The notes: generated by a model not told the origin, from the letters alone. A DNA stretch of 64,000 bases from Guillardia theta CCMP2712 (GCF_000315625.1 NW_005434630.1:248001-312000), one strand, 5' to 3'. Positions 29,111 to 43,301 are shown, counted from the first letter of the stretch. Numbers and translations are program-made.

Positions 29111-30172
29111 TTAGCACACTGCTGCGCTCTTTTTGACGCTCTCTTTCTAGTCGCAGGCATACATAAATTATCTCAACAATCTAGACTAGACTGATACTGA
29201 ACATCACACTATCATACAACTTGTGATATTCTCTCCCTCTCCCTCTCACTCCCTCTCACTCCCTACCTTGTACGCTCCCCCCCTCTCCCTTACCTCGTAT
29301 GCTCCCGCTTTCCCTCTCCCTCTCCCTCTCCCTCTCCCCTCAGGCTCTCCCTCTTCCCTTGGCTCTCCCTCGCTCGCTCTCTTGCTCTTGCTCCCTGACC
29401 CTTTCCCTGACCCTCTCCCTCTCCCTCTCCCCTGCTCTATCCCTCTCTCTCTCTCTCTCTCTTATTTGATTCACTCCATCTCGACAGCATCTTCGTAGTC
29501 TTCTCCTCCTCTTCCTTTCTCTTTTCTACTCAGCTTTCCATCTCACCATGGCTACCAACGAATTGAACCATTGAGGAACGGTATGGTTGTGAATTGAGCG
29601 AAATATTGCTATCAATTTTTAATAACTATGTACTCAAATAATTTGTAATTCTGTACCATGATTAAATTCAATGTGTACAGGTTACATTTACTTTTAATTC
29701 TTCAGTACACTCGCTCAGTACTACCTGCCGACCGGGGCCCGGCCTACGGTCCGGGCAGTCCTGCGGACACTGAGAGTCCTGCACTGAGAGTCGGTGCAAG
29801 TGGTAGGGGGATGAGGGGCCAACACACATAGACCCGAAATAGCATCGGCGGGAATGCAGACCTCAGGTAGAGGATCGAACGAATCACTATGATTGCAAGC
29901 TCTTCTCTTCCTTCCAACTTGCCCACCCCCATGCTTCAACTGCATTGTTTCTCATGTGTATATCGCCATGATGCCGTCTTGCCTTGCAAAGCTTCTCTGC
30001 GTCAATTTGCATTCATTTGCTGCGTTGAAAATATGACTTCCTTTTCTGAAATGCATTTTCGTACCTGATATCCCGTTGGCATGTAGTCGAAAGTTGACAG
30101 TGCTGCCAGCATTAGCATTTTGAATGATTGAATCGCGATGCACACTCCCTTGACAACTGTATTTCAGAAAGG

Positions 30173-31809
30173 ATGAGCACTTTGGACGACCTTGAGGAAA
30201 TGGCACAGAGTGTAAGTGAATTCCTGTTCTATCTTCACTTTCGTTCTACTTGTTTCATGTCTTCCGAACCTTAGACATAACTGACTGTATTTGTTTCTAG
30301 CCCGTTAGCCAAAATTTCGGATCACGGCACAATCGCCGAGCCTCTGTAGGGAGGATCACGTTGGAGGACACTGCCATGGCCAGGAAGGCCTTGACGACAT
30401 ACAGCAGTTTCTCATCGATGGACCAACTCAAACGAAAAGGGGTTTTATCAGGATCGCAGTCACCTGTTGCTGGTAAGAGCCCCACAACGAAAAGGTCCAG
30501 GTTCGAGAAAATTGAATCGGAAGAATCGAAGACAGAAATTCTTAGTGCAGCCGTTGCGATTTATCAAGTCCTTTACGCTCCGAAAGGCAGATTATACAAC
30601 AGGAATGCAAGCGAATGGGCAGAATTACGGACAAAGAATCTCTTCTGGGCCTACATTTGGACGTTGGCTGGGATGGTTGTGGCTGTTTGGGAGAACGAAG
30701 TACTGTGGTCGAATGACCGCACCCCCGATCTTCATACGTTTTGGTTGAAAGTGCTAATTGTCGTCACTACCATCATTGCGATGTACTTTTATCGAGAATA
30801 CTATCGAGCCGCCATTGCTCAGGAAAGGCTGCGAGGAAATCCTCTGCACAATGGGTTTGTTTCCTATGTCAATCTTCAGGCATGTGGCCTTTACGTGCAA
30901 GCTGTTCTCGATTTGCTGTGCCTCTTGCCAATGCCTCTACCATTCTTGGACTTCGAGTTTGATGTTTGGAATGACTCCTTTGAAGGATCTTGCACCTATC
31001 AGATTGATGTGTTCCTTATGGTTGTGATGTTTCTTCGTATCAGAATGTTTCCGCGCTTCTATGGGGAATGCATCAGCGGACTTGCCAGTGACATCGCAAG
31101 AGCTTACGGAAATGTAACAAAGCTTGTCGTTGGGGAATCTTTCATATCCAAATATCTTCTCACATCCAATTTCAATATGGTTTGTATGCTCTGGCTCCTG
31201 CTGATTCTTTTCTATTCGTACTGTTTGATGCTCTTTGAACGGCCGATGGTCTTCATAGATGTCCCTCACAGTCGATTGGATCGTTTTGCCAATTGCGTAT
31301 GGTGCACCGTGATCACCATGACTACTGTTGGTTATGGCGATGTCTTCCCATCGACTCGTTTCGGCCGGCTCATAGCCATGCTCTCTGCGATATCAGCCAT
31401 GATCATGGTCGCTGTTTCGACAAACATCGTAAATGTGGTACTTTCACAGCATCGACTTGAGGTCATGTGCTTGCGAGCTGTCGAGATGTTGGCATCACGT
31501 GACGATGTGAAGATCAAGGCAGCAGAGGTCATTCAGGCTGTCTGGCGTGCTTATGCTGGGCCAGAGCGGAGCAGCAAACGTCGAAAAGGGAGGAAGGTCA
31601 GGGACAACGATGAAGTTCTCCTCAAGGTAGTTGCATTCACAGAGGCTTCAAGGGCGCACATTACTTCCAAGAACGACTTCAACTCTGATGAGGTGGCCTT
31701 GTTGGGGCAGTGTATGAGCATCTCGGATCGTTCCCTGTCTTCTATGGATGGAGTGGTGGAGAAACTTGATTCGGCCATCGCAAATCTGCAAAAGCTCGAC
31801 GGATGCTAA
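30173..31809 (+). CDS. SK/KCNN-like 6-TM potassium channel with IQ-type calmodulin-binding motif (intron 30212-30300)
   Basis: Pore signature ITMTTVGYGDVFP, six hydrophobic segments, AAEVIQAVWRAY, C-terminal coiled coil. Confidence 0.88.
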
Positions 31810-32322
31810 TTGCAGGAACCATTTCTTCTCTCTTCTGGATTTTCTTTATTCTTTCGCTTCATTTTCTCTTCCATAATGAATATCTGTAAATTTCTTGATA
31901 CGTAGCCACAACATGGCCCCGATGATACGTAGCCACAACATGGTCCCGCTGTCCTCGAAACTTCCGACGACATAAAAGGTCGAACAAGCTTAGTAACACT
32001 AACTTAACTTTGAGTAAACGCTATGACCTTTTATGTTTCTGCTACAGGATCTGCTCAGATCACCCCTGAGATCGCCCAAGGATTAGAGGGTGCGGTATGA
32101 GGGTCGCATGCAGGAATACCACGGGGGCTGAAGGTTGCAAGGAGGGAGGGAGGGAGGGAGGGAGGGAGGGAGGGAGGGAGGGAGGGAGCTTTGATGGAAG
32201 AGAACCCCCTCAAAGAAGGATTCGAGCAATGTTGTATCTCAGAGAAGGATTCGAGAAATGTTGTACTTTTCTGGAAGACGCGTTTATGTAAACTCACCGT
32301 CTCACGTCTTGTATTTTGCAAA

Positions 32323-35048
32323 GATGCTCCCGCGGCGACTCCGAGTCAGGGCAGAATGCATACCTGCATTGCTCTGCCTGGTGCTTCTGTTGAACACAAA
32401 CTTTCTCTGCGCGACATCGTCCAGAGATGAGATCTCGCCCCCTCGTCCTCTTCTAGCGTACCAGGTGAATGCATTGCTAACGCTCACGGCAACATCTAAT
32501 TGCATCCCCGTCCAGGTTAGCGACAACCTAAGGTTGAGGGGCGGGGCTTTCTGGTTTTCTGCAGTTGCAGGCCCTGCAGAGAAGGTGAGGAAGAGCAGCA
32601 GTCGGCGAGCTCTCGTCTGGGAGCTCAGTCATGGTTGCTAGGCTGCTTTCTGGAGACAAGTCAGCACAGCGCCGGCACAATGGATTCGCGACAGGTGCTT
32701 CTGACCTGATGGACAAGTGTCTTCCTCACTCCCGATAGGTTGCAGAAGCTCTGCCCCTTTGGATCGAAGGAGGCCAACATAGCGGCCAAGGAGCTCTCGA
32801 GCCAAGGTGTGTGGAGGCCGTGGAGTTCTTGGAAGGAGCTCTGCTGAGGTGGAAACGGGGCCTGGCAGGAAGTAGACTGCGAGGAGGAGGGCTCTTGCTG
32901 AGTAAGCCAGGCTCGGAAGCTTCACCTGCTGAGACTCACATGGGGTCCAAGTTTTCAGAACCTTTTGCCCAGGCATGTTGCGCAGACTGATGCTTGCTTG
33001 TGAACGTCCCGCTCTGACTCAAGTCGATGGTAGCCTGGAGACACTGTGCTGGTTACTGGAGCTTCAGGATTTCTAGCAGGTCGATGATGGCACGAAGAGT
33101 TGAGAGTGTATGACGTCAGTCTCTCTCCAGGACATGTGATCAACGAGCTAATCAAGCGAGGATACCACGTGAGGGGAACAGTGCGAACGTTCAACGACAC
33201 GCAGAAAGTCGCAGCTCTCCAGCAGCTTTTCCCAAAGGTGCTAGCATTTCTGCGGGAGTCTGCTGATATGTAGTCTGCTTGCAGCTTGAGTTGTATGAGG
33301 CAGATTTGCTCGACGATGGGAGCTTCAATGAAGCTATCAAAGGTGTTTTCCCTCCCCCCATCCACACAATGTTGGTTGCAACTCCGTTGTAATGGTCTCC
33401 TCCAGGCTGCAAGTTTGTGCTTCACACAGCTTCTCCTTTCCACTATGAAGTTCAGAATCCAGAAACAGATCTAGTCGAGCCTGCCGTGAAGGTCTCGGGG
33501 AATTGAGCTAGTGAGGGGTGAGCTGAAACACGGCAGGGCACCATGAACATCCTTCGAGGGTCAAGGGTTGTGGGAGGTGTCAGAAGAGTTGTCATCACCT
33601 CTTCCGCCGCTGCCATCCTGACGCTCAACATCCCTTCTGACCGTGAGACCTGCACTGCCTCCAAGCCTGCAGCTCTCTGAGTGATTATGGCAGAAAACTA
33701 TGCATGGAGCGAAGATGACTGGAATGTCGACACAACGCTTGAGGACAACGCATACAGGTTTGCAGCTACGTCCCCTGGAATAGTTTCTGAATGTTCTATG
33801 AAGGTACAGCAAGACGCTCGCTGAACAGGCTGCTTGGGTCTGGATTGCTTCGGCTCTGAACAGCCACAACTATGGTGTTGCCGGTCTGTTTGCGGGTGCC
33901 TTCGCCTTCCCCTCAAATAGCTGGACTGCAGGTGGATTTTCAGATCCCAAGGAAATCAAGAAAGCGTTGGATGCTGGAGGACAGGTGAAGGGAGCTTCTT
34001 TCCCCTTCCTCTTCTTCCTCTTCGTCCCAGTCCCCTCTCGACTCCAATCATTTATGCTCTTGCTCGTCGCCGTCTTCCCAATCCTCTCCTCCTCCCTGCC
34101 CATTTCCTGATCAACTACGCTATCACCACCAGAGCTTGCAATAGCTGCATCAACTCCATCTATCATCTTCATCACCATTGTCGCACTCGTTGAGATTGTT
34201 CCTGTGCAGGAGTACAAAGTCGACTTTGACATCGTTACCATGAACCCCTCGTTCCTCACCGGCCCGTCACTCTCCAACCGAACAGGTCCCCTCCTCCCGC
34301 TCCCAGCCTCTGCTGCCTCTCATTCCCTCCTGGAGCAGATTCAGAGAGCACGAAACTCATCAAGGATCTGCTGGACGTCAGGGCCTCCTCCACTCAGCGA
34401 CCTGCCATGTGACTGCGCTGCAGGGACGATATTCGCACAACGGAACCAACGGAGGAAGGTGCATCGGGTGTGTGGATGTCAGAGATGTTGCAGCGGCGCA
34501 TGTCAATGCCATGGAGAACCCGTCAGCGTTCGGTGAGGAGGAGTTGGAGTGGCAAGGGAGTGGGGGAGTGGGAACGGGAGCGAGAGAGAGAGGAAGTGGA
34601 AGGGGATGCCATGGCGGGGCTGATTTTTTCTGCGCAGGGCGATACTTGATCTCTTCAGACAAGGGGATCAGCCACTTGGAACTTGCCAACATGTTGAAGA
34701 GCGGTGCAAACTCCTCCTCCTCCTCCTGCTCCTCATTGCTTGCTCACTTGCTCTCAGACAAACGCTTCAAGGATTTTCCTCTCCCACGACATTCCATGGA
34801 GCCCATCACCTACAAGCCCTGCTACAACACGGCCAAGGTGAGTCGCCCTCCGTCCTGGTCAGCAGGGGAACTGACAAGAAGGAAGGCGAGAAAGGATCTC
34901 AACCTGCACCTCCGGCCAATAGCAGACTCAGTGATCGATGCTTCCCTCCTCCCCTCATCATCGGCTGAGACTTCACCCGCAGATTCGAGATGCTGCTGAA
35001 GACCTGATCAGGAAGAACCTGATCGAGCAAGGCGCCATGGCTGCTTAA
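32323..35048 (+). CDS. NAD(P)-dependent extended SDR (cinnamoyl-CoA reductase/DFR-like) with signal peptide and LRLRGG leader
   Basis: VLVTGASGFLA, YHVRGTVR, VLHTASP, LVEPAVKGTMNIL, VITSS.AA, YSKTLAEQAAW, VDVRDVAAAHVNAMENP. N-terminal IPALLCLVLLLN; LRLRGG at 32528-32545. Confidence 0.88.
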
Positions 35049-35523
35049 CGAGTATCAGAGCCTGTCAGACTCACTACTTTACTAATTTAATCACTTTCGG
35101 GTAGTACTTCCTAAGTTCAACAATTTTGATCAATCCTTTGACTACTTCGGTGGCCCGCGGATCACACTGTGACAGCGCCAGTCAGTGACTCAGTGATTGA
35201 GCTTGTCAGTAATTGAGGTGGAAGGGACCGGGCCTGGCTCCGGCGGCCCAGCGGCCGGCCACAGCCCGGGCGGACTGTTAGACTGAGAAAAGCCCTCATC
35301 TCCGCTAATGACCAGGTCAACTACCCACCCATCTGCCCACCCATCATAATTCCTACCCCATTCTTTTTCCCATGGGTACTGAATCTTGATGTAAATACCC
35401 TACCCCTATATTTCTAATACATTCAACCTTAAAACACCGGTGTTTTGAGTACCCCAGGGTCTACTTTGTAATGCCCCTACTACCCTCCACTCTCCGACCC
35501 TAGCACAGCTCTGTTTGGACACC

Positions 35524-36578
35524 ATGTACGCGCTGTACTCGTACATGCTCTTCGGGGAGTGCGCCGTGTGCGCCGTGCTGATGGCGCTATCCTTTGCTCC
35601 CTCCTTCATCAAGAGACCCATGAAGAGCGCCATCCAGAGGTCTGACGGAGGAGGAGGAGCTTCTGATCATGACGATGAGCGCTTCGCAGCGTTCAAGTAC
35701 CCTTCTCACGAGAAATCATTGTGGGCTTCGGAGTCATCCTAGTAGGTGAGACAAGCCCATAGGAGTGCTGCGAGTCTGACTACCGATGCCTCCTCGTCTC
35801 TCTCTGCTCCTGTGCTCATCCTTGTCTTTGTGTCTTCTCGTTCGCTCACGGTTCACGTATCTGTCGGGATGGTACTGGTCGATTATGGTGTCTCGCTCTC
35901 AGCTGCATTTGCGGACTCCTACCTGAAAGCAACGAAGCATCGTCACCCGCACACCGATGGGTGGAAGGCATTCGCTCCCTCTCTTCCTCGTTCGAAGCTG
36001 AAGAAGGATTGATAGGACAAGATGGAACATCAAAACAAGAGGTTGCGAGCGGAGAGAAACATTTACATCTCCTTCGGGTCTGTTCTCGTCAATCGGTTGT
36101 CCATCCTGTGAAAGTGCAAGCAGGTGCATGTTCATCTTTCTCGTCGTGTGTCAACTCTGGTCGCTCATCAAGCGCGTCACGGAGCTCGTGAGTGAGGGCT
36201 GGGGGGTTGGGCTACCTGACAAGCCGCGCAGGAGGAGAAGGTGGCGCGAGATGAGAAGTTGCATGAGGTGTACAAGAAGCAGGTAGCGACTCTTTCATGC
36301 CGCCTGCCCTCGATGACCAGAGGACGGGAAGGTGGAGGGCAACGAGAAGTTCCGCAAGAAGCTCGAAGGAGATAAAGATGGTCAGTGAGGAGGAGGAGAG
36401 GGGCGTGTGGCATGACTGGACATCAGCAGATGAGCAGGACACTGCTAGTGAGCTGCAAAGACTGAAAGAAGAGAATGAGAGGTGGACAGGAGGAGGAGGA
36501 GGAGGAGGAGGAGGAGATGACTTTGAGATAGGCTCAAGGAAAAGCTGGGGATGGACGACTCGTCCGAGACAACGCTGA
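35524..36578 (+). CDS. BCAP31: B-cell receptor-associated protein 31-like ER membrane protein
   Basis: Three TM segments, RAERNIYISF motif (BAP31 RAQRNLYISGF), coiled-coil tail ELQRLKEENE. Confidence 0.7.
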
Positions 36579-36669
36579 GGAGGAGGAACGTAGGGGAGCG
36601 AGATAAGAAGGACTAGCCTCATCATTGTCCCTCTTTGGCTTTCATGTGTCAGAAATTTTTGGAAGACTT

Positions 36670-39600
36670 TCATGTGTCAGGAACTTTCCGAACTTTTGGA
36701 AGATCGTGGTAGCCGTACGCCAAGGCCTTGATCGTATCCTCCCACCTCTTAGCCTTCTCCTCGCGCTCCTCCTCCTCGTGTGAGGATTCCGAAAAGTCGC
36801 TGACCAGATCCACCTGCAAGAGCACGCGATCAGCCGCTGGGGAAACGCGTGCCACGTTCATGGTCTGACCTCCCCTTCCTCTGCTTCTTGCGGTGCTACG
36901 ACATACTCGCTCCCGAACGCTGCCGCTGCGAACTCTCGAGACTGGAGTAGGGTGAGGGAACGAGAGGGAAAGAGTACAAGATTGTGTAGACCTGTTTGGA
37001 GCCGGGGGGGATGGAGCAGTCTGAAAGCGTCTTGGTGAAGCTGAGAAGGATCTGGAAGCAGAGGGTGAGTGGAATTATGGCCAGAGAAGTAGAGGAGGAG
37101 GAGGAGGAGGAGGAGGAGCAGGGGGGGGAGAGATGAACATAGGTGAGACTTGGAAGCAGTGGGAGGGCAGCAGGGAAGAGTCGAGGACCGAGTAGTCTTG
37201 GACAGCAGGTGAAGAGCAAGCACGCAATGAGCAGGAACGAGGAGGAGGAGGAGGAGGAGGAGGTGACCAGTGAAGGAAAGAAAACTGGACAATGAAGGGA
37301 GCTCGGGAAAGGATTCGGGGGGCAGACTGACATCCATGCATTCCTTCCGCCTCGTTCTCAGCCATTGAGGGACGTCGTCTATCTTCTCCTTCCACATGTA
37401 TTCTACGATTTCATAGGCGTCCTGACTTCGATGTGAATGACGAGCAAGGGCTGGATGTGCTCACCGCTTCGTCTAGGTTCCTGAGCGAGGCGTCTGCTCC
37501 TGCAACAAGCAGCAGGCGAACGATCTGGAGCAAGAGTCACGTACGCGTGCGAGGGAGGAGGAGGGGGAGAGTATGTTGACCTTTGGAGCTCCGCCGAAGG
37601 CGGCGAGCATAAGGGGAGTTACGCCGATTGAATCTCTGACACGTCGTTGGAAGAGGAGCGGGAGATGGAGCAGGAGCAGGAGCAAAGCGAGGAAGCAGAT
37701 AATGTCAGACACAGGAAAGGGAGAAACAAAGACGTTGCGACAAGATGGTGGGGGAGAAGGTAGAGAGGAGTGAAGGAACGGATCAAAGAAGGAGGAGGGA
37801 GAAGATTCAAGAAAGGCTACCTTGCGTTGGGGTTGGCGCCAGCAGCGAGGAGGGCTCGGCAGCAGAAGAATTGGTTGGAAAGAGAAGCAGCATGGAGGGG
37901 AGTGCAGAGGGCGGAGGAGTTATGACAGATATCAGGATACACGGGTGCCTGAGTGAAAGGAATGAGAAGCAGAACAGCAAAGGTTGCATCGAAGCCAGGA
38001 ATACAAACAGGAAGGAAGATGTTTTGTGAGAGGTATAAGGGACTTGTAGGAGCTGGAAGAGAATAAATAGAGAAGGAGGAGGGAGGAGAGAGGGAGGGAG
38101 GAGGGAGGAGGGAGGAGGGAGGAGGGAGGATCCATACCTCTTTCATCAGTCTTCGTAATCTTCCAGTATACCTCCAATGAAGAATCAGAGTTGAACCTTC
38201 GACTAAAGTCTTACCCCAGCCACGCGCAGCTGAAAAAGTCCTCCACATACCAATCCTGACATGTGATCAACATAGAAGAATTGTTATACTTCACCCCAAC
38301 GTCACTGATGATGCTCGGAGCAATCAACTTGGGGATGTGATTTCCATTCAGGCTGGCGCAAGGTCAAGTGAAGCAGCAGGATGGTAAAAATTGTTCACAT
38401 TCGCCCCATCTTCTCAAACAGTACGTAGCTATTGTTCCCCTCCTTAATCAGCCTCTCCCTCTTTGCAACAGCTTCCTGCAAGGGTGATAGGAGGGGTGCG
38501 GACGAAGAGTGTTATGGTAGCGACTTGAACTTCGCAATGCTCGCTAGTCACCTGAACCACCTCTTCTTCGAATTCATACTTCGGAATCCGGAACCCCTGC
38601 CATCTTTGTCTCAGTCTCAAGACATGAAGTTTCATGGGGACCAGTTCAAACAGTGGGCCTTTCCAGAACACTGAGAAGCAAGACGGTCAGAGAAGTTGAT
38701 CAAGAATAGTTCAAGTTCACCTTGATCCAAGTCGCTGGTATTGAGCACCTACAAGAAATCATGAGCACCATCAGCTGCAATTTCCGCAGCCATCAGGTTT
38801 GAGAACCTTTCCAGAGGCAGGGATTTGTTTGTCAAGCCCCTCTATACTAGCGTTGCTGCACGCATAGTCGTGATCATGTTGGAATCGCTCAAGCATTGAT
38901 AGAAATGATTCTTGGCTACCTCCAATTCGACAGCTGACCTTTCTCCACGAACTTGAGAAACGAGATCACCGATTTCTTGTTGATGCTTGACAGCAGCTGT
39001 CAATGACAACATCTCTTGCAATCAAACTTTCGCACCTCAAAATCTGCTTCGTCAGCAGCTCCGCCGTGGTGGTGGGCCTGGGCTCAACAACAAGTGACTC
39101 TGCGATCCAATCGCACTTCTTGAGGCAGAAATCAGCTCTCTTGCTGAACTTGACCTTTCGCACAAAGGCCTGAAAAAAACTGTCATCGTCGCTGCTGCTG
39201 TACCCATCAAGTGCAACCACAGCATACAAGAGGAGGGGAAACAATTACAAGTACCTCAACATTCTGTTTCAGCTGCATCGAGTCAAAGAGTTCCTTGTCC
39301 TGCCATTCAAGGTCACTACCAGTTTGCTGCTCACGTTTCAACCTCCATGAAAGGATCAAGTAGTCGTGGTATACACACAAACTCGTAGGCCCGAGCTCGA
39401 CCTACACGCGAATCGTTCAGTTCTAGGAGAACAAAGCAACTCTCTCTCCTCCCTTTCACTCCCTCCATCCTCCTCCTCCCTCTCCCGCTCTTCTTCATCA
39501 CTCTCCCTTTTCCTTTCACTTTCGTCTGCCTGCCCGCATTGCTCGTTTCTCCTTCCCCCCCTTGCTCCATTGTGCTCTCTTCCTTACTGAAGCGCGCAAT

Positions 39601-41021
39601 AAGGTAGCTTTCGTTCTTGAGGATAATCTCCGCAGTGACATTCAATGCCAAGGACACCTACAACAAACTTCAGCAACGTCGAGGCTTCTTCCACCGTCTC
39701 CTCTCATCACATTCTTAGGAACCCAAGGGACTACTAAAATGTGAAAAGAACAAGCATCATTCATTGGCTGTCAAATCAACTTGACAAGTTCAAACCGTCG
39801 GGGTCATATTGAAGCTTCTTTCCCGACTGCTCTAGGATGGTTTGAACATGATACTTTCGAAGCGACTCCCCCCGATCCTCTCGGGCCAAATCAACGGCCC
39901 TGGAGGAAACGCAAAGTCAGCACCTGCAGCAAAAAGACTCGTCATCGAACCATCATCCATCAGCAAGAAGCACCTTCAGCCCTAACATAAACTTCTTCAC
40001 CTGATCCATCGAAAGTGTCAGAATCAAAATTCTTTTCAAAGTCCGTTGAAGCATCTTGTAAACCATCATGTCAGCAGCAAGAATACACCATAGAGAGAAA
40101 CTCTCACCCTCTCCAGTGTTGACAACTCTTTCTTCTTCCTTCTCGCCCATGTAGATATCCAGGGCCTGCAGCAAAAAGACTCGTCATCGAACCATCATCC
40201 ATCAGCAAGAAGCACCTTCAGCCCTAACATAAACTTCTTCACCTGATCCATCGAAAGTGTCAGAATGAGATATTGCTGATCTTACAGGCAAACAGCACGT
40301 TCTTCGGCTTCAGACCGAGCTCCCTTGCTTCGTTTGCAATGTTCTTGGACAGTCCCGGGACATCCTCAAACCCTGTTGCGTTCGGAGGACCGGTCTTGGG
40401 GTAGGGCGGCTCGTTGTCCAGGAGTGACGAGATCTTCTTCATCTTCTCCTCAACCTCCTCAAACAGCCGTTCCTTCATCTTTGACAGCTCATCGGGATCC
40501 ATGGTCTTTTCTTTCTCGTCCCAGACCTGGGCGTTTCTGACCATCTTCCTCACGAAACCATCCTCGTCCTCCTCCTCGGTCATCAGCAGCTGTCTGACGT
40601 CGAAGACGTCGGCCTGGACTGGTTCCTCTACCTCCTCCTCAGGTACCACTTGACCAAAGGCCTCCTGTATCTCCCGTCGCGCCCTGCCTACAGCATCCCC
40701 CAATGTGGTGAAGATCGATTCGGGCTGGTGGTTGAGGCAGTCGTCGAGGCAAGTGCAGTTCGGTTTGCAACTCAGTTTCTCCTTCATGACATTCATGAAC
40801 TCCTTATTCCACATCTTGTCCAGCTCATCCACTTCTTTTGTCTGCCATAACTTTGCGACCTCTGTAGGTTTCTCTTCCGCCTTCCTCCCACCCCTCAACC
40901 TCACGGGCAGACATGCTTTCCCACAACCATAGTCACTCACTCTACCGCGACATGGGGCAAGGGTGCTGTCTACGGTGAAGGCATACCATGTAGCCAGCAG
41001 GATCAAAGCAGCAAGCCTCAT
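36670..41021 (-). CDS. Large multi-exon protein with signal peptide and VRLRGG leader and C-terminal ankyrin repeats (may be two genes)
   Basis: MRLAALILLATWYAFTVDS; VRLRGG at 40887-40904; ankyrin repeats TPLHAAS...LLAAGANPNARDSIGVTPLMLAA...IVRLLLVAGADASLRN. Confidence 0.6.
39923..40266. repeat. About 102-bp exact direct repeat (39923-40024 and 40165-40266)
   Basis: CCTGCAGCAAAAAGACTC...GAAAGTGTCAGAAT occurs twice, 242 bp apart. Confidence 0.95.
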
Positions 41022-41410
41022 GTCTCCCTCTGAATCTCCCTCCTCCTCCTCCTCCTCCTCCGCCTCCTCCTCCTCCTCCTCCTCCTCCTCCTCTTCCTCC
41101 CTTACTTCTCAGATGTACTTCTCACATGCACTCCCTCATGCCGTAACCTGATCGCCCTGCATTGCGCCTGCTCGCTCGCCATCTCGTCGCTGCCCCCGTA
41201 ATGAATTCATCAAGTCAATAATATAAAGTTTTCTGTCCTTCAAAAGAACTAATGAATGTTCTGAGGCAGACCTAAGAATGAGTGCGCCGGGCCGGGCTCA
41301 CGGGCCTCTGTCCGGGCCACCCGGGTGGTCAAATCGTTTGACTTTTTGATTGGTATGGGTGGGGATGTGGTTGCACCTCCGCTTTTAGAGCGTCGGCAGG
41401 ATGGCGTAAG

Positions 41411-43110
41411 ATGGAGGGCGCAGGAGGAGGTAGCGGGCGGCCCAGCATGAGCCGCGCAGTCTTTGTGGCAGGATCGTCGTTCATGGCACTTGTTGTGGTG
41501 GTGTTTCTAGTCGGACATGGCGATCAGACGAGGGTGGGTCTGGCTGGACAACTGGGGGAGTGGTCGGAGGGGTTGATGAAGGAAGCACATGGGATAGTGG
41601 AGGATGGTGGAAGGGAAGGTGAAAAGACGCTGAAAGGGTTCAGAGATGGTCTTGGATCAGGAATACTGGAAGATGAGGAAGCGAGGAGGATTGTTGGTGG
41701 TGCTGGAGGCGCTGTTGGAACATGGTGGAACATTGGAAGAAACGGTGGGGGCCAGCATTCGGAGGCGGCGAGCAGCGACAGGTAAGGGTGAGAGAGGGGT
41801 TGAAGTCGTCTGATATTCCTGTTAGCTCAAAGTATGCTAGCGAGGCAAACAAGATCATCACAGACGCATCGAACTCATATCAGATGAAATTGGTGAGAGC
41901 ACCCTATCTGAATCCGATCCCAGAAGTCTGATATCGTGCAGAAAACGGCAGAGACGTTGTCAAAGAAGTTTGCAGACAAATCGTCGTCTCAGTCTCTTTC
42001 GTCCGGCTCTGCTCCGAGCGGTGAGATGATGAGATGACTTGAGTTCTGCCCTCTGACGATTCGGCAGGAACAGGACATTACACCCCCTACCACATCGATG
42101 AGAATGCATGGAAAGGTTTGCAAAGTTTGTGATGTCAGCACGAGTGAGTGATGGTGTTTGTCCTGCTGGCAGACCTGAACGAGTCGACGGATGCGGATGC
42201 TCCAGGAGCAGTAGCGAGGCTCAAGGATGAGTTCAAACACTCCATCTTCGGCCGCGGTGAACTGGAGGTTGTGGTTGCCGACGTGCTGGTTGATCTCAAA
42301 CCCTCAGGCTCTAGCAAAAAGTCGTCAACTCCTTCTATCCCTTCCCCTCTTGACATCATCAACGCTGCGCTGGCGTCAAACTCTGGTTCGTCAGGACAAG
42401 CTGGTGTTGGTGGACAGTCGGCAGGAGCCACAGGGGGCGGCGCTGGGCTGGGAGGGTCAGGTGGTGCAGGAGGATCGAGCGGGAGCGGGAGCGGAGGGCA
42501 GGGTATCTCCTATCCTCCTTGACGCTCTTCGATCTCTGACTGTTGCAAAGGTGCAGCAGGAGGGGCGGCAAGTGAGGAGAAGAAGCAAGGAGGAGCAAGT
42601 GCAGACCCTAACGCGTGGTGGAACGACTGCTTCCTCCTGCCTGAACTCTGCCCCCATTACCCGATGTCAAGCGTGAGTGATGGCGGAGGTGCAGGACATG
42701 ATGAGGAAGGAGTGACGAGATGCGCAGGCTCCTGATTGGTACATCGCAAAGATGAAGGCAAAGGAGGCTGGCGGAGGTTCGCGCAAAGTGATCAGATAGA
42801 AGGCGTCTGACGACATGTAGGAGGAAATTCTTCGAATCCTGTAGGTCTGAGTCCTCCTAGAGACCACGACAAGAACGGTGCCGGTGATTTCATAGGACTC
42901 TGCCTGTTGACTAACTTGAAGCAGTCTCAAACATCGTGGCGATCTCGGACGACGTCGACAACGGGGTGAGGGAGGAGGAGCAAGGCAGTCGGGGAGCTGA
43001 CTAGAGATTCAGGCGTCAGGAAAGGGAGAGAAAATCTTCATTGACACGTCTGCGGACGATTTCTTTGTTGGGCCCAGGAACCATTGAGGACCCAAGGACC
43101 GAATGTGTCT
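41411..43110 (+). CDS. Hypothetical type-II membrane protein with Gly/Ser-rich linker (3' end approximate)
   Basis: Signal-anchor SFMALVVVVFLVG, multiple short GT-AG introns, GGAGGSSG tract. Confidence 0.45.
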
Positions 43111-43301
43111 CAATCGAATATCTCCTTGCCTCCTCCTCCTTCCCGCCCCCGCCCCCTCGCTCTCCTCTCCCTCCCTCCCTCCCTCTCTTTTCTTCAATCT
43201 CCTTCTCTCTCTATTTCTATCAAGTGTCGTTGTATTGTAATGCCCTTCGGCTACCCTTCCCGCTCGTTTCTTGATCGAGTCAATTTTATTCTTCAAACCT
43301 T

